Both the position numbers and the translations under genes were made by a program. From contig CALKZT010000059.1 of the NCBI GenBank assembly GCA_938002815.1, forward strand, positions 1 to 47,578: a DNA stretch of 47,578 nucleotides, in the 5' to 3' direction. Shown piece after piece: positions 17,430 through 27,196 of the stretch (position 1 is its first letter; every line of letters begins with the position of its first letter). Source of the DNA: an uncultured bacterium. Its GTDB lineage: Bacteria > Desulfobacterota > DSM-4660 > Desulfatiglandales > CALKZT01. Below the pieces are notes generated by a model that was not told the origin of the DNA, did not search any database, and saw only the letters and a list, made by a program, of their open reading frames with translations.

Positions 17430-19183
17430 TGAGTGAAAAGGGGACACATCTAATGGGTCTCCCGGCCTCTGAGGGAATAAGTATAGGGAAGGCCCACGTC
17501 ATAGATTCTCCCAAAGTAAAAGTATACTACCAGTATATACTGGATCCCCAGGGAGTTGAGAGGGAGTTAAAGAGGTTTGAAAGGGCATTAGAACAAACAG
17601 AAAGGCATTTTAAGGATCTGAAAAACAAATACTCAGAGATATTTGGAAACGATGCCTATCTTTTTGGAACCTATCTCATGATTCTAAAGGACAAGGCCAT
17701 CGTTGAGAATACCATTCGCATAATAGAGCAAGAGCATGTGAATGCAGAGTGGGCACTAAAAAAATCCGTTGAGAGCATCAGAAGCGTATTCCAGGAGATA
17801 GAGGACCCCTATATCAGGAGCAGGATAGAAGACATAGAGACAGTGGTGGAACGGTTACTTAGGACCCTATCCTATGACAATGACGAATGCATGCCAAACA
17901 ATTTGATACAGCCTGCCACAAGGAGGGTGATCATAGTGGCAAGGGAACTCTCCCCCCTGGACACTACGGAATTGGATATCAGCAAGGTGATGGGCTTTGT
18001 CACAGAGCTGGGTGGTAGGACCGGACACACAGCCATAGTGGCACAATCCCTGGAGATACCTGCCGTGGTAGGGCTCCCTGGCGTACTGAAGATGGTAAAG
18101 GATGGGGACCTCCTTATTGTGGATGGAAGGACAGGCGAAGTAATTGTAAATCCCACTGAGGGGGAGCTGGAAGAATATCAGGAAAAGCAGGAAAATTATG
18201 AAAGGTTAAAGGCCACTGTTACCAGAAAGGCACACCTCCCTGCGGTTACCACCGATGGTATAAGGATCCGGATAAAGGCCAATATCGAATTCTTGGAAGA
18301 GGTGGTATCCGCAAAGGCAAACGGATGTGAAGGGATAGGACTCTATAGGACAGAGTTCCTCTATCTCCGGAACAAGTCCATACCATCAGAGGAGGAACTA
18401 TTTGAGGACTATAGACAGGTAGTGGAACTCCTCTATCCCATGCCTGTAACCATAAGGACCCTGGATATAGGAGGAGACAAGTTCGCCAATGTCCCTCAGC
18501 TCCACAAAGAGATGAATCCTGCATTGGGGCTGAGGGCAATTAGGCTGTGTCTCAGGGAGAGGGAGATATTCAAGAGCCAGCTGAGGGCCATCCTAAGGGC
18601 CAGCGCTTATGGGAACGTAAGGGTGATGTTCCCCATGATATCTGGTCTTGAGGAGGTAGTGGAGGCCAAGGCCTTATTGGAGGAAGCCAAGGGGGAACTG
18701 AAGGCCCAAGGTATCCCAGTGTCCCCAGATGTAAAGGTGGGTATCATGGTGGAGGTCCCCTCCTCGGTGACCTTGGCAGATGTCTTGGCAGGATACGTGG
18801 ATTTCTTTAGCATAGGGACCAATGACCTAATACAATATACCCTGGCCATAGATAGGGTAAACGAACTGGTGGCAGACATGTATAAACCCTTTCATCCTGC
18901 GATACTCCGGATGATAAAATATGTGGTGGAGGTGGCGGATCAGCAGGGGGTAGAGCTATCCCTGTGTGGGGAGATGGCAGGGGATAGACTCTGTGTGCCC
19001 CTCCTTGTGGGTGCAGGGATAAAAGAGCTCAGCATGAACCCAGGGAGTATCCCCATTGTAAAGGAGCTCATCAGGACTTTGAATAGCGAAGAGGAGAGAA
19101 GAGAGTTTCGAAGGATGTTGACCATGCTCACCGCAGAGGAGATAAGAGACCACCTCCAGAAGCGATTGGCAAGGTGGCTATAG
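17426..19183 (+). CDS. ptsI: Phosphoenolpyruvate--protein phosphotransferase (PTS enzyme I)
   Basis: GGRTGHTAI phospho-His motif, GIGLYRTEF, RTLDIGGDK, SIGTNDL and CGEMAGD. Confidence 0.97.
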   Translation: MMSEKGTHLMGLPASEGISIGKAHVIDSPKVKVYYQYILDPQGVERELKRFERALEQTERHFKDLKNKYSEIFGNDAYLFGTYLMILKDKAIVENTIRIIEQEHVNAEWALKKSVESIRSVFQEIEDPYIRSRIEDIETVVERLLRTLSYDNDECMPNNLIQPATRRVIIVARELSPLDTTELDISKVMGFVTELGGRTGHTAIVAQSLEIPAVVGLPGVLKMVKDGDLLIVDGRTGEVIVNPTEGELEEYQEKQENYERLKATVTRKAHLPAVTTDGIRIRIKANIEFLEEVVSAKANGCEGIGLYRTEFLYLRNKSIPSEEELFEDYRQVVELLYPMPVTIRTLDIGGDKFANVPQLHKEMNPALGLRAIRLCLREREIFKSQLRAILRASAYGNVRVMFPMISGLEEVVEAKALLEEAKGELKAQGIPVSPDVKVGIMVEVPSSVTLADVLAGYVDFFSIGTNDLIQYTLAIDRVNELVADMYKPFHPAILRMIKYVVEVADQQGVELSLCGEMAGDRLCVPLLVGAGIKELSMNPGSIPIVKELIRTLNSEEERREFRRMLTMLTAEEIRDHLQKRLARWL

Positions 19184-19186
19184 GGT

Positions 19187-19648
19187 ATGGAAGGGCAAAA
19201 GATAGTCTGTCAGAACAAGAAGGCCAGGCATGAATACCTCCTGGAAGATACCTTAGAGGCAGGATTGGTGCTTTTGGGCCCAGAGGTAAAGTCCCTGAGG
19301 GAAGGAAGGGCAAACCTCTCTGACAGCTATGCCAAGATAAGAGACGGTGAGGTATATCTCCTAAACTTTCACATCTCCCCCTATCCCTTTTCCCCTGTGA
19401 AAGAGCTGGACCCACTGAGGCCTAAGAAACTACTCCTCCACAAAAGGGAGATAAAAAGGCTCATTGGCAAGACAGAGCAAAGAGGGTACACTATAATACC
19501 CACAAAGGTCTATTTTAAAAGGGGAAGGGCCAAAGTGGAGATTGCCCTGGCCAAGGGAAAGAGTAAATACGACAGAAGAAGAGAGCTAAAGGAAAAGGAG
19601 GCAAGAAGAGAAATGGAACAGTCCAGGAAGGAGGGTAGATTTATTTGA
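19187..19648 (+). CDS. smpB: SsrA-binding protein
   Basis: [32 protein letters not shown] and YDRR. Confidence 0.98.
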   Translation: MEGQKIVCQNKKARHEYLLEDTLEAGLVLLGPEVKSLREGRANLSDSYAKIRDGEVYLLNFHISPYPFSPVKELDPLRPKKLLLHKREIKRLIGKTEQRGYTIIPTKVYFKRGRAKVEIALAKGKSKYDRRRELKEKEARREMEQSRKEGRFI

Positions 19649-21462
19649 ACCCTTCTTCAAGGAACCTTTCACTGTGGCTTGTAATTACCCTCATGATGCT
19701 CCTCATGTTTCAGTTCTTCAGGAACACTGAGGGCCCTGCCCCTTCCATGTCCTATTCTGAGTTTGTGGGTATGGTGGAAAAGGGGCAGGTAATAAAGGTC
19801 ACAATCCAAGGGAACAAGATAACAGGAGTATCCTCTGGAGGGAACTTCAAGACCTACGCTCCAAGGGACCCAGACCTAATAAAGCTCCTCCTTGCCCACG
19901 GGGTAAACGTGGTGGCCAAGCCAGAAGATGACTCCTCCTGGTTGCAGGTATTCCTCTCTTGGGTCCCCATGCTGATCCTCATTGGCATCTGGATCTTTTT
20001 CATGAGACAGATGCAGATAGGTGGTGGGAAGGCCCTCAGCTTTGGAAAGAGTAGGGCAAGGCTGGTCACAGACTCTCACAAAAAGGTCACCTTTGAGGAT
20101 GTGGCAGGCATAGACGAGGCCAAGGAAGAGCTCTGGGAGATTGTGGAGTTTTTAAAGGATCCCAAGAAATTTACGAGGCTTGGGGGTAGAATACCAAAGG
20201 GTGTCCTCCTCGTGGGTTCCCCGGGGACCGGAAAGACCCTCTTGGCCAGGGCCATTGCCGGAGAGGCAGGGGTTCCCTTTTTTAGTATCAGTGGCTCTGA
20301 CTTTGTGGAGATGTTTGTGGGTGTAGGGGCCTCTAGGGTGAGGGACCTCTTCCAGCAGGGCAAAAGACACGCACCATGTATCATATTCATAGACGAGATA
20401 GACGCGGTGGGTCGCCACAGGGGTGCAGGCCTCGGAGGCGGACACGACGAGAGGGAACAGACCCTAAATCAGCTCCTGGTGGAGATGGATGGTTTTGAGT
20501 CCAATGAAGGAGTGATACTGATCTCTGCCACCAACAGACCCGACGTCTTGGATCCTGCCCTCTTGAGACCAGGGAGATTCGACAGGCAGGTGGTGGTCCC
20601 CGTCCCAGATGTAAAGGGGAGAGAGGGGATCTTGCGGGTCCACCTCAAGAAGAAGCCTGTATCTCCCGATGTGGACATCTCGGTCCTGGCCAGGGGCACC
20701 CCTGGCTTTACAGGTGCAGACCTGGAGAACATGGTAAACGAGGCTGCACTCATGGCTGCCAGAAAGGGCAAAGATCAGATAGAGATGGAAGACTTTGAGG
20801 AGGCCAAGGACAAGGTCCTGATGGGTGTGGAGAGAAAGAGCATGATCATAAGTGAAGAGGAGAGAAAGATCACAGCCTATCACGAAGCAGGCCATGCCCT
20901 TGTGGCAAAGCATCTGCCTAAGGCAGACCCCATCCATAAGGTCACCATAATACCAAGGGGCAGGGCACTGGGTATTACCCAGCAGCTCCCTTTAGACGAC
21001 AGGCACACCTATAGCAAGGAATATCTCATGACCAATGTGGCCATACTTATGGGAGGGAGGGTCGCAGAGGAACTGGTATTGAACATCCAGACGACGGGTG
21101 CGGGAAATGATATCGAGAGGGCCACCGAGATAGCCAGAAAGATGGTCTGTGTTTACGGAATGAGCAGGGAACTAGGGCCACTTACCTTTGGGAGGAGGGA
21201 AGAGCAGATCTTTTTGGGAAAGGAATTGGCCGTGCACAGGGATTATAGCGAGGCCACAAGCCAGAAGATAGACAAGGAGGTAGAAGAGATCGTCTTGGAG
21301 GGGTACGAGAGGGCAAAGATGATCATATCGGGTAACATGGAGCAGCTCCACCAACTTGCATCTGCCCTCCTTGAAAAGGAGACCCTTGAGGGCAAGGAGA
21401 TAGACGAGCTTTTGGGGATAGCCACCAAAGATGTTAGGCCAGAAGAAGGCAGTAGAGTTTAA
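19645..21462 (+). CDS. ftsH: ATP-dependent zinc metalloprotease FtsH
   Basis: Two TM segments, GSPGTGKT Walker A, IFIDEID, SRH motif and HEAGH zinc motif. Confidence 0.98.
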   Translation: MNPSSRNLSLWLVITLMMLLMFQFFRNTEGPAPSMSYSEFVGMVEKGQVIKVTIQGNKITGVSSGGNFKTYAPRDPDLIKLLLAHGVNVVAKPEDDSSWLQVFLSWVPMLILIGIWIFFMRQMQIGGGKALSFGKSRARLVTDSHKKVTFEDVAGIDEAKEELWEIVEFLKDPKKFTRLGGRIPKGVLLVGSPGTGKTLLARAIAGEAGVPFFSISGSDFVEMFVGVGASRVRDLFQQGKRHAPCIIFIDEIDAVGRHRGAGLGGGHDEREQTLNQLLVEMDGFESNEGVILISATNRPDVLDPALLRPGRFDRQVVVPVPDVKGREGILRVHLKKKPVSPDVDISVLARGTPGFTGADLENMVNEAALMAARKGKDQIEMEDFEEAKDKVLMGVERKSMIISEEERKITAYHEAGHALVAKHLPKADPIHKVTIIPRGRALGITQQLPLDDRHTYSKEYLMTNVAILMGGRVAEELVLNIQTTGAGNDIERATEIARKMVCVYGMSRELGPLTFGRREEQIFLGKELAVHRDYSEATSQKIDKEVEEIVLEGYERAKMIISGNMEQLHQLASALLEKETLEGKEIDELLGIATKDVRPEEGSRV

Positions 21463-22294
21463 GGGGCACAGACTCCTTTTGGGCGGAAGGACCCTTGTAA
21501 TGGGTATCTTAAATGTGACACCTGATTCCTTCTCAGACGGAGGGCTCTATCTTAGAGCTGAGAGGGCCATAGAGCGCGGGATCCAGATGGCAGAGGAAGG
21601 CGCAGATATAATAGACGTTGGGGGAGAATCCACCAGGCCCTTTTCCAAGAGGATCTCTCCACTGGAAGAGACCGAAAGGGTCATACCTGTGATAGAGGGG
21701 TTGGCCAAGGAGGTCCATATACCCATCAGCATAGACACTTATAAATCTTCAGTTGCCAGAGAGGCCTTGAAGGCAGGGGCCTCTATCATAAACGATATAA
21801 GTGCCATGAGATTAGATCCAGAGATGGCAGATCTGGCCCTAAAAGAGGATGTCCCGGTGGTTCTCATGCATATGAAGGGGATGCCGGAGGATATGCAGAT
21901 AAATCCCCGGTATGATGACGTAATCTCTGAGGTAAAGGGCTTCCTTAAAGAGAGGGTGGAAGAGCTCACAAAAAGGGGCATCAAGAGGGAAAGGATCATC
22001 ATAGATCCTGGCATAGGCTTTGGGAAAGGCTTTGAGCACAATCTTCAGATCCTAAGGGATATCTCCTCCTTTTTTGTGTTGGGTCTTCCTATCCTCTTGG
22101 GGACCTCCAACAAGTCCTTTATAGGCAAAATACTTCAAAATGAACCCCACGAAAGGGAGGCAGGCACCCTGGCAACTGTAGCCTATGCCGCCATGAAGGG
22201 TATTGATATTGTAAGGGTCCATTGGGTCAAAAAGGCAAGGGAGACCATAGAGGTAATAGAGGCAATAAAGAGGGGGTCCATTGAAGAGGACTGA
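21431..22294 (+). CDS. folP: Dihydropteroate synthase
   Basis: [24 protein letters not shown] and DPGIGFGK. Confidence 0.97.
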   Translation: MLGQKKAVEFKGHRLLLGGRTLVMGILNVTPDSFSDGGLYLRAERAIERGIQMAEEGADIIDVGGESTRPFSKRISPLEETERVIPVIEGLAKEVHIPISIDTYKSSVAREALKAGASIINDISAMRLDPEMADLALKEDVPVVLMHMKGMPEDMQINPRYDDVISEVKGFLKERVEELTKRGIKRERIIIDPGIGFGKGFEHNLQILRDISSFFVLGLPILLGTSNKSFIGKILQNEPHEREAGTLATVAYAAMKGIDIVRVHWVKKARETIEVIEAIKRGSIEED

Positions 22295-23054
22295 GGCAAG
22301 ACTCCTTGTGGATATCGGAAATACCAACATCACCTTTGGCCTCACCGACACAAAAACAATAAAAAGGATCTTCAGGATAGGGACCAGAAGGGGGATCACC
22401 TCCCATGAGCTTATGACCCACTATCTCTGCCACTTAGGCCCCGAGGAGAGAAGCTCCATAGGTCTTGCCCTGGTCTCCTCTGTGGTCCCTGAAGTAGAGA
22501 CTGAGCTGAAGGTCTTTTTTGAAGAGCTGGGGATTAGGTCTTGGTTCATCGATTATAGGGCCGTACCTATGAAGCTGAACTATAGGAGGCCAGAGGAGCT
22601 GGGCATAGATAGGCTCATTGTGGCCTATGGGGCCAAAGAGCTCTATGGAGAGCCTCTAATAGTGGTGGATATGGGGACTGCCACCACCTTCAACTGTGTG
22701 GGAAAGGAGGGCTCATTTTTGGGAGGCTGTATCCTCCCGGGGCTCTTAACCTCCCTTGAAAGCTTAGGGAAAAGGGGTGCCAAACTCCCCCTCTTAGAGG
22801 ACCTGAGGCCACCACCACGGCTTCTGTCCGATAATACGGCCGATGCCATGAGGGGGGGTATCCTCTACGGTTATGCCTCCCTCATCGAAGGGATCATAGA
22901 TAGACTACAAAAAGAGATGGAATGTGAGGCCGATGTGATTCTCACAGGTGGGCTCTCAAAGCTGATCACAAATTTACTAAGACCCCACATAAGATACGAA
23001 CCATGGCTTCTGATGCATGGGCTTATGACTCTCTCCAGATCCCAAAGCCTCTGA
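22281..23054 (+). CDS. coaX: Type III pantothenate kinase
   Basis: DIGNTN, LGIDR, DMGTATT, GGCILPG and LTGG. Confidence 0.95.
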   Translation: MKRTEARLLVDIGNTNITFGLTDTKTIKRIFRIGTRRGITSHELMTHYLCHLGPEERSSIGLALVSSVVPEVETELKVFFEELGIRSWFIDYRAVPMKLNYRRPEELGIDRLIVAYGAKELYGEPLIVVDMGTATTFNCVGKEGSFLGGCILPGLLTSLESLGKRGAKLPLLEDLRPPPRLLSDNTADAMRGGILYGYASLIEGIIDRLQKEMECEADVILTGGLSKLITNLLRPHIRYEPWLLMHGLMTLSRSQSL

Positions 23055-23932
23055 GCCCAGGGGACAGGGTAGGGATCATATCCCCCTCCTCCTGGGTGAA
23101 GAGGGGTGAGATCCAAGAGGGTCTCAAGATATTGAGATCCTTTAATTTTGAGATCACAATCCCAGATGAGACCTTCCTAAGGCATAGATACCTGGCAGGA
23201 GAGGACCCAAAAAGGGCAAGGAGCCTCAACAGCCTCTTTGCGGATCCCCACATAAAGGCCATATTCTGTACCAGAGGTGGTTACGGATCCCTGAGGATAT
23301 TGGAGGGAATAGACTACGGACTCATCAGGGAAAATCCCAAGATACTGGTGGGGTATAGCGATGTCACTGCCCTCCTAATGGCAGTCTTCAAACACTCAGG
23401 GCTCATGGTATTCCATGGCCCCATGCTCAAAGTAGACGGAAACTTAGCACCCCTAAGACAGATGCTCAGATACCTCATCTCTCCAAGATCCATAAGGCTT
23501 AGGATAAAGGAAGAGGCAGTAATACTTTGGGGGAGGCTGGAAGGAAGGCTCATCGGGGGGAACCTGACGGTACTCTCCCACCTAATCTGCACCCAATACT
23601 TTCCCCCCTTAAAGGGCATGGTCCTGTTTTTGGAGGATATAAAGGAGCCTCTCTATAGGATAGACAGGGCCCTGACACACCTAAGACTCTCAGGACTCCT
23701 AAAGGGTCTAAGGGGGATCTTGTTGGGTGATTTTTTGGGCTGTGGACCTAAAAGGGAGATAAGAGAACTATTTAGGGACCTGGCATCAAGCCTGGAAATC
23801 CCCTGTATAGGAGGAATCCCCATAGGCCATGGGAATAGGAATATCACCCTCCCTTTGGGTGCCTTCTGTTATATGGATGATGGGACACTTGTGATAGAGC
23901 CATGGCACAAAATGGGACCTGAGGATGACTAA
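23003..23932 (+). CDS. LD-carboxypeptidase (peptidase S66, LdcA/MccF family)
   Basis: RGGYG, GYSDVT (catalytic Ser), GGNL, LEDI and GHG triad motifs. Confidence 0.92.
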   Translation: MASDAWAYDSLQIPKPLSPGDRVGIISPSSWVKRGEIQEGLKILRSFNFEITIPDETFLRHRYLAGEDPKRARSLNSLFADPHIKAIFCTRGGYGSLRILEGIDYGLIRENPKILVGYSDVTALLMAVFKHSGLMVFHGPMLKVDGNLAPLRQMLRYLISPRSIRLRIKEEAVILWGRLEGRLIGGNLTVLSHLICTQYFPPLKGMVLFLEDIKEPLYRIDRALTHLRLSGLLKGLRGILLGDFLGCGPKREIRELFRDLASSLEIPCIGGIPIGHGNRNITLPLGAFCYMDDGTLVIEPWHKMGPEDD

Positions 23933-24572
23933 ACGGCGCTTTTTTGTCTTAGGCCTAGGCAAATTTGGGAGAAGGGCAGCCCTTTACCTTAGGGGGATAT
24001 ATAAGGGTAGAGTAATTGGCGTTGATCCCAGGAGCGAAAATGTGAAATGGGCAAAAGAGAGGGGGATAGAGGCCCACTTGGGGGATGGGATCTCCTTTCT
24101 CTTAGATCCCCCTTCTAAGATAGAAGGGGAGGATTACCTGATCCCTGCCCTCCCCATCCATTTGGCTGCCTACTGGCTCCTGGCAAAAAGACCTAAGGAG
24201 CTGGAGCTCCAAATAGCCCCCCTTCCCTCTCATATCCTCCAGAGGCTCCCTCATCCAATTTCTCTACCAGACAACTCCTGTGCCACAAGCTATGCCACCT
24301 TTATCTGCCCTGAGGACTGTAAAGAAGGCAGATTCTGCCCTAAATTAGGCCTCAAGAGAGGCATCCCCCTTTACGAGTTCCTAAGGGATCTCAGTACCGA
24401 ATCGGATTTTGTGTATGTGATCCAGAGCAGGCAGTTGGGACCGGGCATGGGAGGTTACAAAACAGAGGAGCTCCTAAAACTAATGGACTTGCAGTTGGAT
24501 AGGGAGAAACCTATAATACTTGCAACTTCTTGCAGGTGCCATGGTATCTTAAGTAAAATAGTGGCTTATTGA
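23925..24572 (+). CDS. Hypothetical protein with N-terminal Rossmann (GxGxxG) fold and Cys-rich C-terminus
   Basis: GLGKFG; CPEDC-x5-CP; SCRCHG. Confidence 0.7.
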   Translation: MTKRRFFVLGLGKFGRRAALYLRGIYKGRVIGVDPRSENVKWAKERGIEAHLGDGISFLLDPPSKIEGEDYLIPALPIHLAAYWLLAKRPKELELQIAPLPSHILQRLPHPISLPDNSCATSYATFICPEDCKEGRFCPKLGLKRGIPLYEFLRDLSTESDFVYVIQSRQLGPGMGGYKTEELLKLMDLQLDREKPIILATSCRCHGILSKIVAY

Positions 24573-24582
24573 GGAGGATTTT

Positions 24583-24882
24583 ATGTTTGTCGTCTCTAAT
24601 CTACTGATTGCAATAGCAAAGATTATAGATATTGCCCTGTCCCTATATATGTGGGTCGTAATCATTAGGGCAATTATTTCTTGGGTAAGCCCCGATCCCT
24701 ATAATCCCATTGTTAGAATTCTAAGCTCCCTAACAGATCCAATCTTCTACGCAATCAGAAGGAGGCTTCCCTTAACTCTTGGAGCCTTTGACCTATCACC
24801 TATTGTTGTCATACTTGCAATCATCTTCCTACAAAATTTCCTTCCCACCACATTAATTCAACTGGCATCCAAGATGGGTTAA
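24583..24882 (+). CDS. yggT: YggT family membrane protein
   Basis: ISWVSPDPYNPIV, LTDP and DLSPIV. Confidence 0.93.
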   Translation: MFVVSNLLIAIAKIIDIALSLYMWVVIIRAIISWVSPDPYNPIVRILSSLTDPIFYAIRRRLPLTLGAFDLSPIVVILAIIFLQNFLPTTLIQLASKMG

Positions 24883-24890
24883 AAAGTCCC

Positions 24891-25157
24891 ATGATTTTAA
24901 AGCTCCACGTAATACCCAAATCCAAAACTCAGTCTATCGAAGTCCAAACTGATGGGACCCTCAAAGTTAGGGTAAGAAGTGCACCAGAGCACGGGAAGGC
25001 AAACGAAGAGCTCTTGGAATTATTGGCAGGCCATTTAAAAATAAGAAAATCTGATCTGGAGATCGTCTCAGGGGCCAAGGGCAGGGAAAAGCTCGTCAGA
25101 CTCCTTAAGACCTCGAGCCTAATCAGAGGTATTCATGGCGATGAGGGCAGCTCCTAA
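24891..25157 (+). CDS. DUF167 (YggU) family protein
   Basis: VIPKS, LKVRVRSAPEHGKANEEL and IVSGAKGREK. Confidence 0.9.
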   Translation: MILKLHVIPKSKTQSIEVQTDGTLKVRVRSAPEHGKANEELLELLAGHLKIRKSDLEIVSGAKGREKLVRLLKTSSLIRGIHGDEGSS

Positions 25158-25904
25158 GGCCCCTGTGAGCTGGGGATCTGGTGGGACAAAGACCTTTAGT
25201 TTCAGTCTTTCTTCCAGTAGTCGCACAATGGCCTTATTTTTGGCAACACCTCCTGTCATAACCACATCCGGCTTGATCCCCACATCCCTCAACATGGGAT
25301 AGACCCTGTTTATCACCGCCATATGGAGGCCCCTTAGGATCTCCCCAATGGGTTTCCCCTGGGCCACCATGGATACTACCTCTGTTTCCGCAAATACCGT
25401 ACATAGACTGCTTATCTCCAGGGCCTCTTTTGCATCCAGGGCAAGCTGGATCATCCTTTCCATATCCAACCTCAGCCTCTCTGCCATCACCTCTAAAAAC
25501 CTGCCGGTCCCTGCTGCACATTTATCGTTCATCCGAAAGTTAGTAACCCTTCTGGAACCTGGGTCCACCCCTATGGCCTTGCTGTCTTGACCTCCTATGT
25601 CAAGGAGGGTCCTTAGATTTGGATAGTAGTATAAGGCCCCGAGGGCATGGCAGGTGATCTCTGTTACTGCCTTGTGAGCGAAATCCAAAAGATGCCTTCC
25701 ATAGCCAGTGGCAACGATACCCTGGATCTCCTCCTGTTTCAGTCGGGCCTCTGAGAGTGCCCTCTCTAAGGCCTCATGGGCTGCATGAATGCCGTCATAG
25801 CCTGTATAGATTATCTGGCCTGAAAGGATCGACATCTTTTCATCTATCAATACCACCTTTGTGGTGAGTGAGCCTATATCAATTCCTCCAAATACCCTCT
25901 TCAT
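25119..25904 (-). CDS. 2-hydroxyacyl-CoA dehydratase activator (HgdC/BcrA-D/BadF-G ASKHA family)
   Basis: DIGSLTTK, TGYGR, TEITCHA, DIGGQDSK, MNDKCAAGTGRFLE and SSLCTVFAE. Confidence 0.93.
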   Translation of the reverse strand: MKRVFGGIDIGSLTTKVVLIDEKMSILSGQIIYTGYDGIHAAHEALERALSEARLKQEEIQGIVATGYGRHLLDFAHKAVTEITCHALGALYYYPNLRTLLDIGGQDSKAIGVDPGSRRVTNFRMNDKCAAGTGRFLEVMAERLRLDMERMIQLALDAKEALEISSLCTVFAETEVVSMVAQGKPIGEILRGLHMAVINRVYPMLRDVGIKPDVVMTGGVAKNKAIVRLLEERLKLKVFVPPDPQLTGALGAALIAMNTSD

Positions 25905-27193
25905 ATGAGTGACTCCAAGAAGGCCTCTATCCTGGTCTTGTTCCCTTCGTCAGAATAATACCTTTCATCGGCTATATCCCCCTCCAATATGAGACAAGGT
26001 AGGTTGTATCTCTCCTGGAGGATCCTTTTAATATCATACTGTCCTAAAGAATATGGCTTACAACTCCTGGCAGAGTGCATAATCACCCCATTTACCTTAA
26101 ATTCCGTGGCCAATTTCCTTATGAGCTCTAATCTATGATAGAGATTGTTATTCAGGATCACAAGGGAATAGGCCTTTGCAAGGGACTCAAAGGGCCTTGT
26201 GGGGTCCATATGGACAATAGTCTCAGCCCAGGCATTTGTGTATGTGGCACCTACCAGGTTGGCTTTGTGTCTCATCATCAGCTCTGAGAGGTCCCTCATC
26301 TTATACCATATGGCAATATTGTCCCATAAAAGCCTTATCCTCTCCTCAGAGAGGGGCGATACCTTATCCCTTACCCTCTGAAGGAGCTCCCAATAGAGGA
26401 CCTGGTAGTAGCTATGGGCAGATCTTAATCCCCTTAGGGAGACGATCGGAAGCATATGGGAAAAGATGTCAAATATGGTGGCAGGCGCAGGTATCTGTTT
26501 CATGGTATTGAGTATCTCTTGCCACAACTCACAGGTGGCCTTGGAGAGTCTCATGGTCTTAATCAATCTCTCCATCCTGAATTCCCTCTTGCTGATCCTT
26601 TGAAGCTTTTCGATTATCTCCTCTATCTGGTCCAGCATGTAGTCCAGATCCTCTTGTCTTAGAGGGCCGTAATTGAAAGGGGTGTCAAAGACTATAAGGG
26701 GGATGGAGTATTCCTTGGACAGGACCCTGTACCAATAGAGTACCGTCCCACATATGTTATTGGAGGCAAAGAGGAGGTCTGGTTTGGGGAGCCTCCCCAC
26801 AGGGGTCCTGCCTGAAAAAAATACCCCAAGATCTATCTTGGCATAGGAGCAGAGGTCCTTTGAATATCCCCTCTCCTCTGCAACCAGACACAACCCTCCC
26901 CCCATCTTCTGGGCCGCGCACAGGGCACTGTGGTTTTCAGGATAAATGGTGTAAAATCCAAAGGGACGAAGTAGCTCCACTGGGGCCCCACTAGTTACCC
27001 AGGCCACGGGCAAAACCCCCTTTGCATACCTCCCTAGATAATAGTGGGACATAATAAGCCCCTTTAATACCCTATTGGATGAAAGGGGCAAGCTCCCTTT
27101 CCTTGGCCTTGAGCCTCTCCTTTTTGCCTCATAGGTCCTCAAAAGGGGAATAAATAGCTCCTTTAAAGCCCAATATCTGACCTGGCCAAACAT
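25901..27193 (-). CDS. 2-hydroxyacyl-CoA dehydratase / benzoyl-CoA reductase family subunit (HgdA/BcrB-like)
   Basis: YPENH, DLCSY, NNIC, SCKPYS and TRIEAFLE. Confidence 0.88.
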   Translation of the reverse strand: MFGQVRYWALKELFIPLLRTYEAKRRGSRPRKGSLPLSSNRVLKGLIMSHYYLGRYAKGVLPVAWVTSGAPVELLRPFGFYTIYPENHSALCAAQKMGGGLCLVAEERGYSKDLCSYAKIDLGVFFSGRTPVGRLPKPDLLFASNNICGTVLYWYRVLSKEYSIPLIVFDTPFNYGPLRQEDLDYMLDQIEEIIEKLQRISKREFRMERLIKTMRLSKATCELWQEILNTMKQIPAPATIFDIFSHMLPIVSLRGLRSAHSYYQVLYWELLQRVRDKVSPLSEERIRLLWDNIAIWYKMRDLSELMMRHKANLVGATYTNAWAETIVHMDPTRPFESLAKAYSLVILNNNLYHRLELIRKLATEFKVNGVIMHSARSCKPYSLGQYDIKRILQERYNLPCLILEGDIADERYYSDEGNKTRIEAFLESLI

Positions 27194-27196
27194 ATC

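Noticed and set aside
19187-19648. tmRNA (ssrA) next to smpB, or SRP RNA next to ffh
   Set aside because: No intergenic space next to smpB, and no recognisable tRNA-like ends or SRP loop near either gene.
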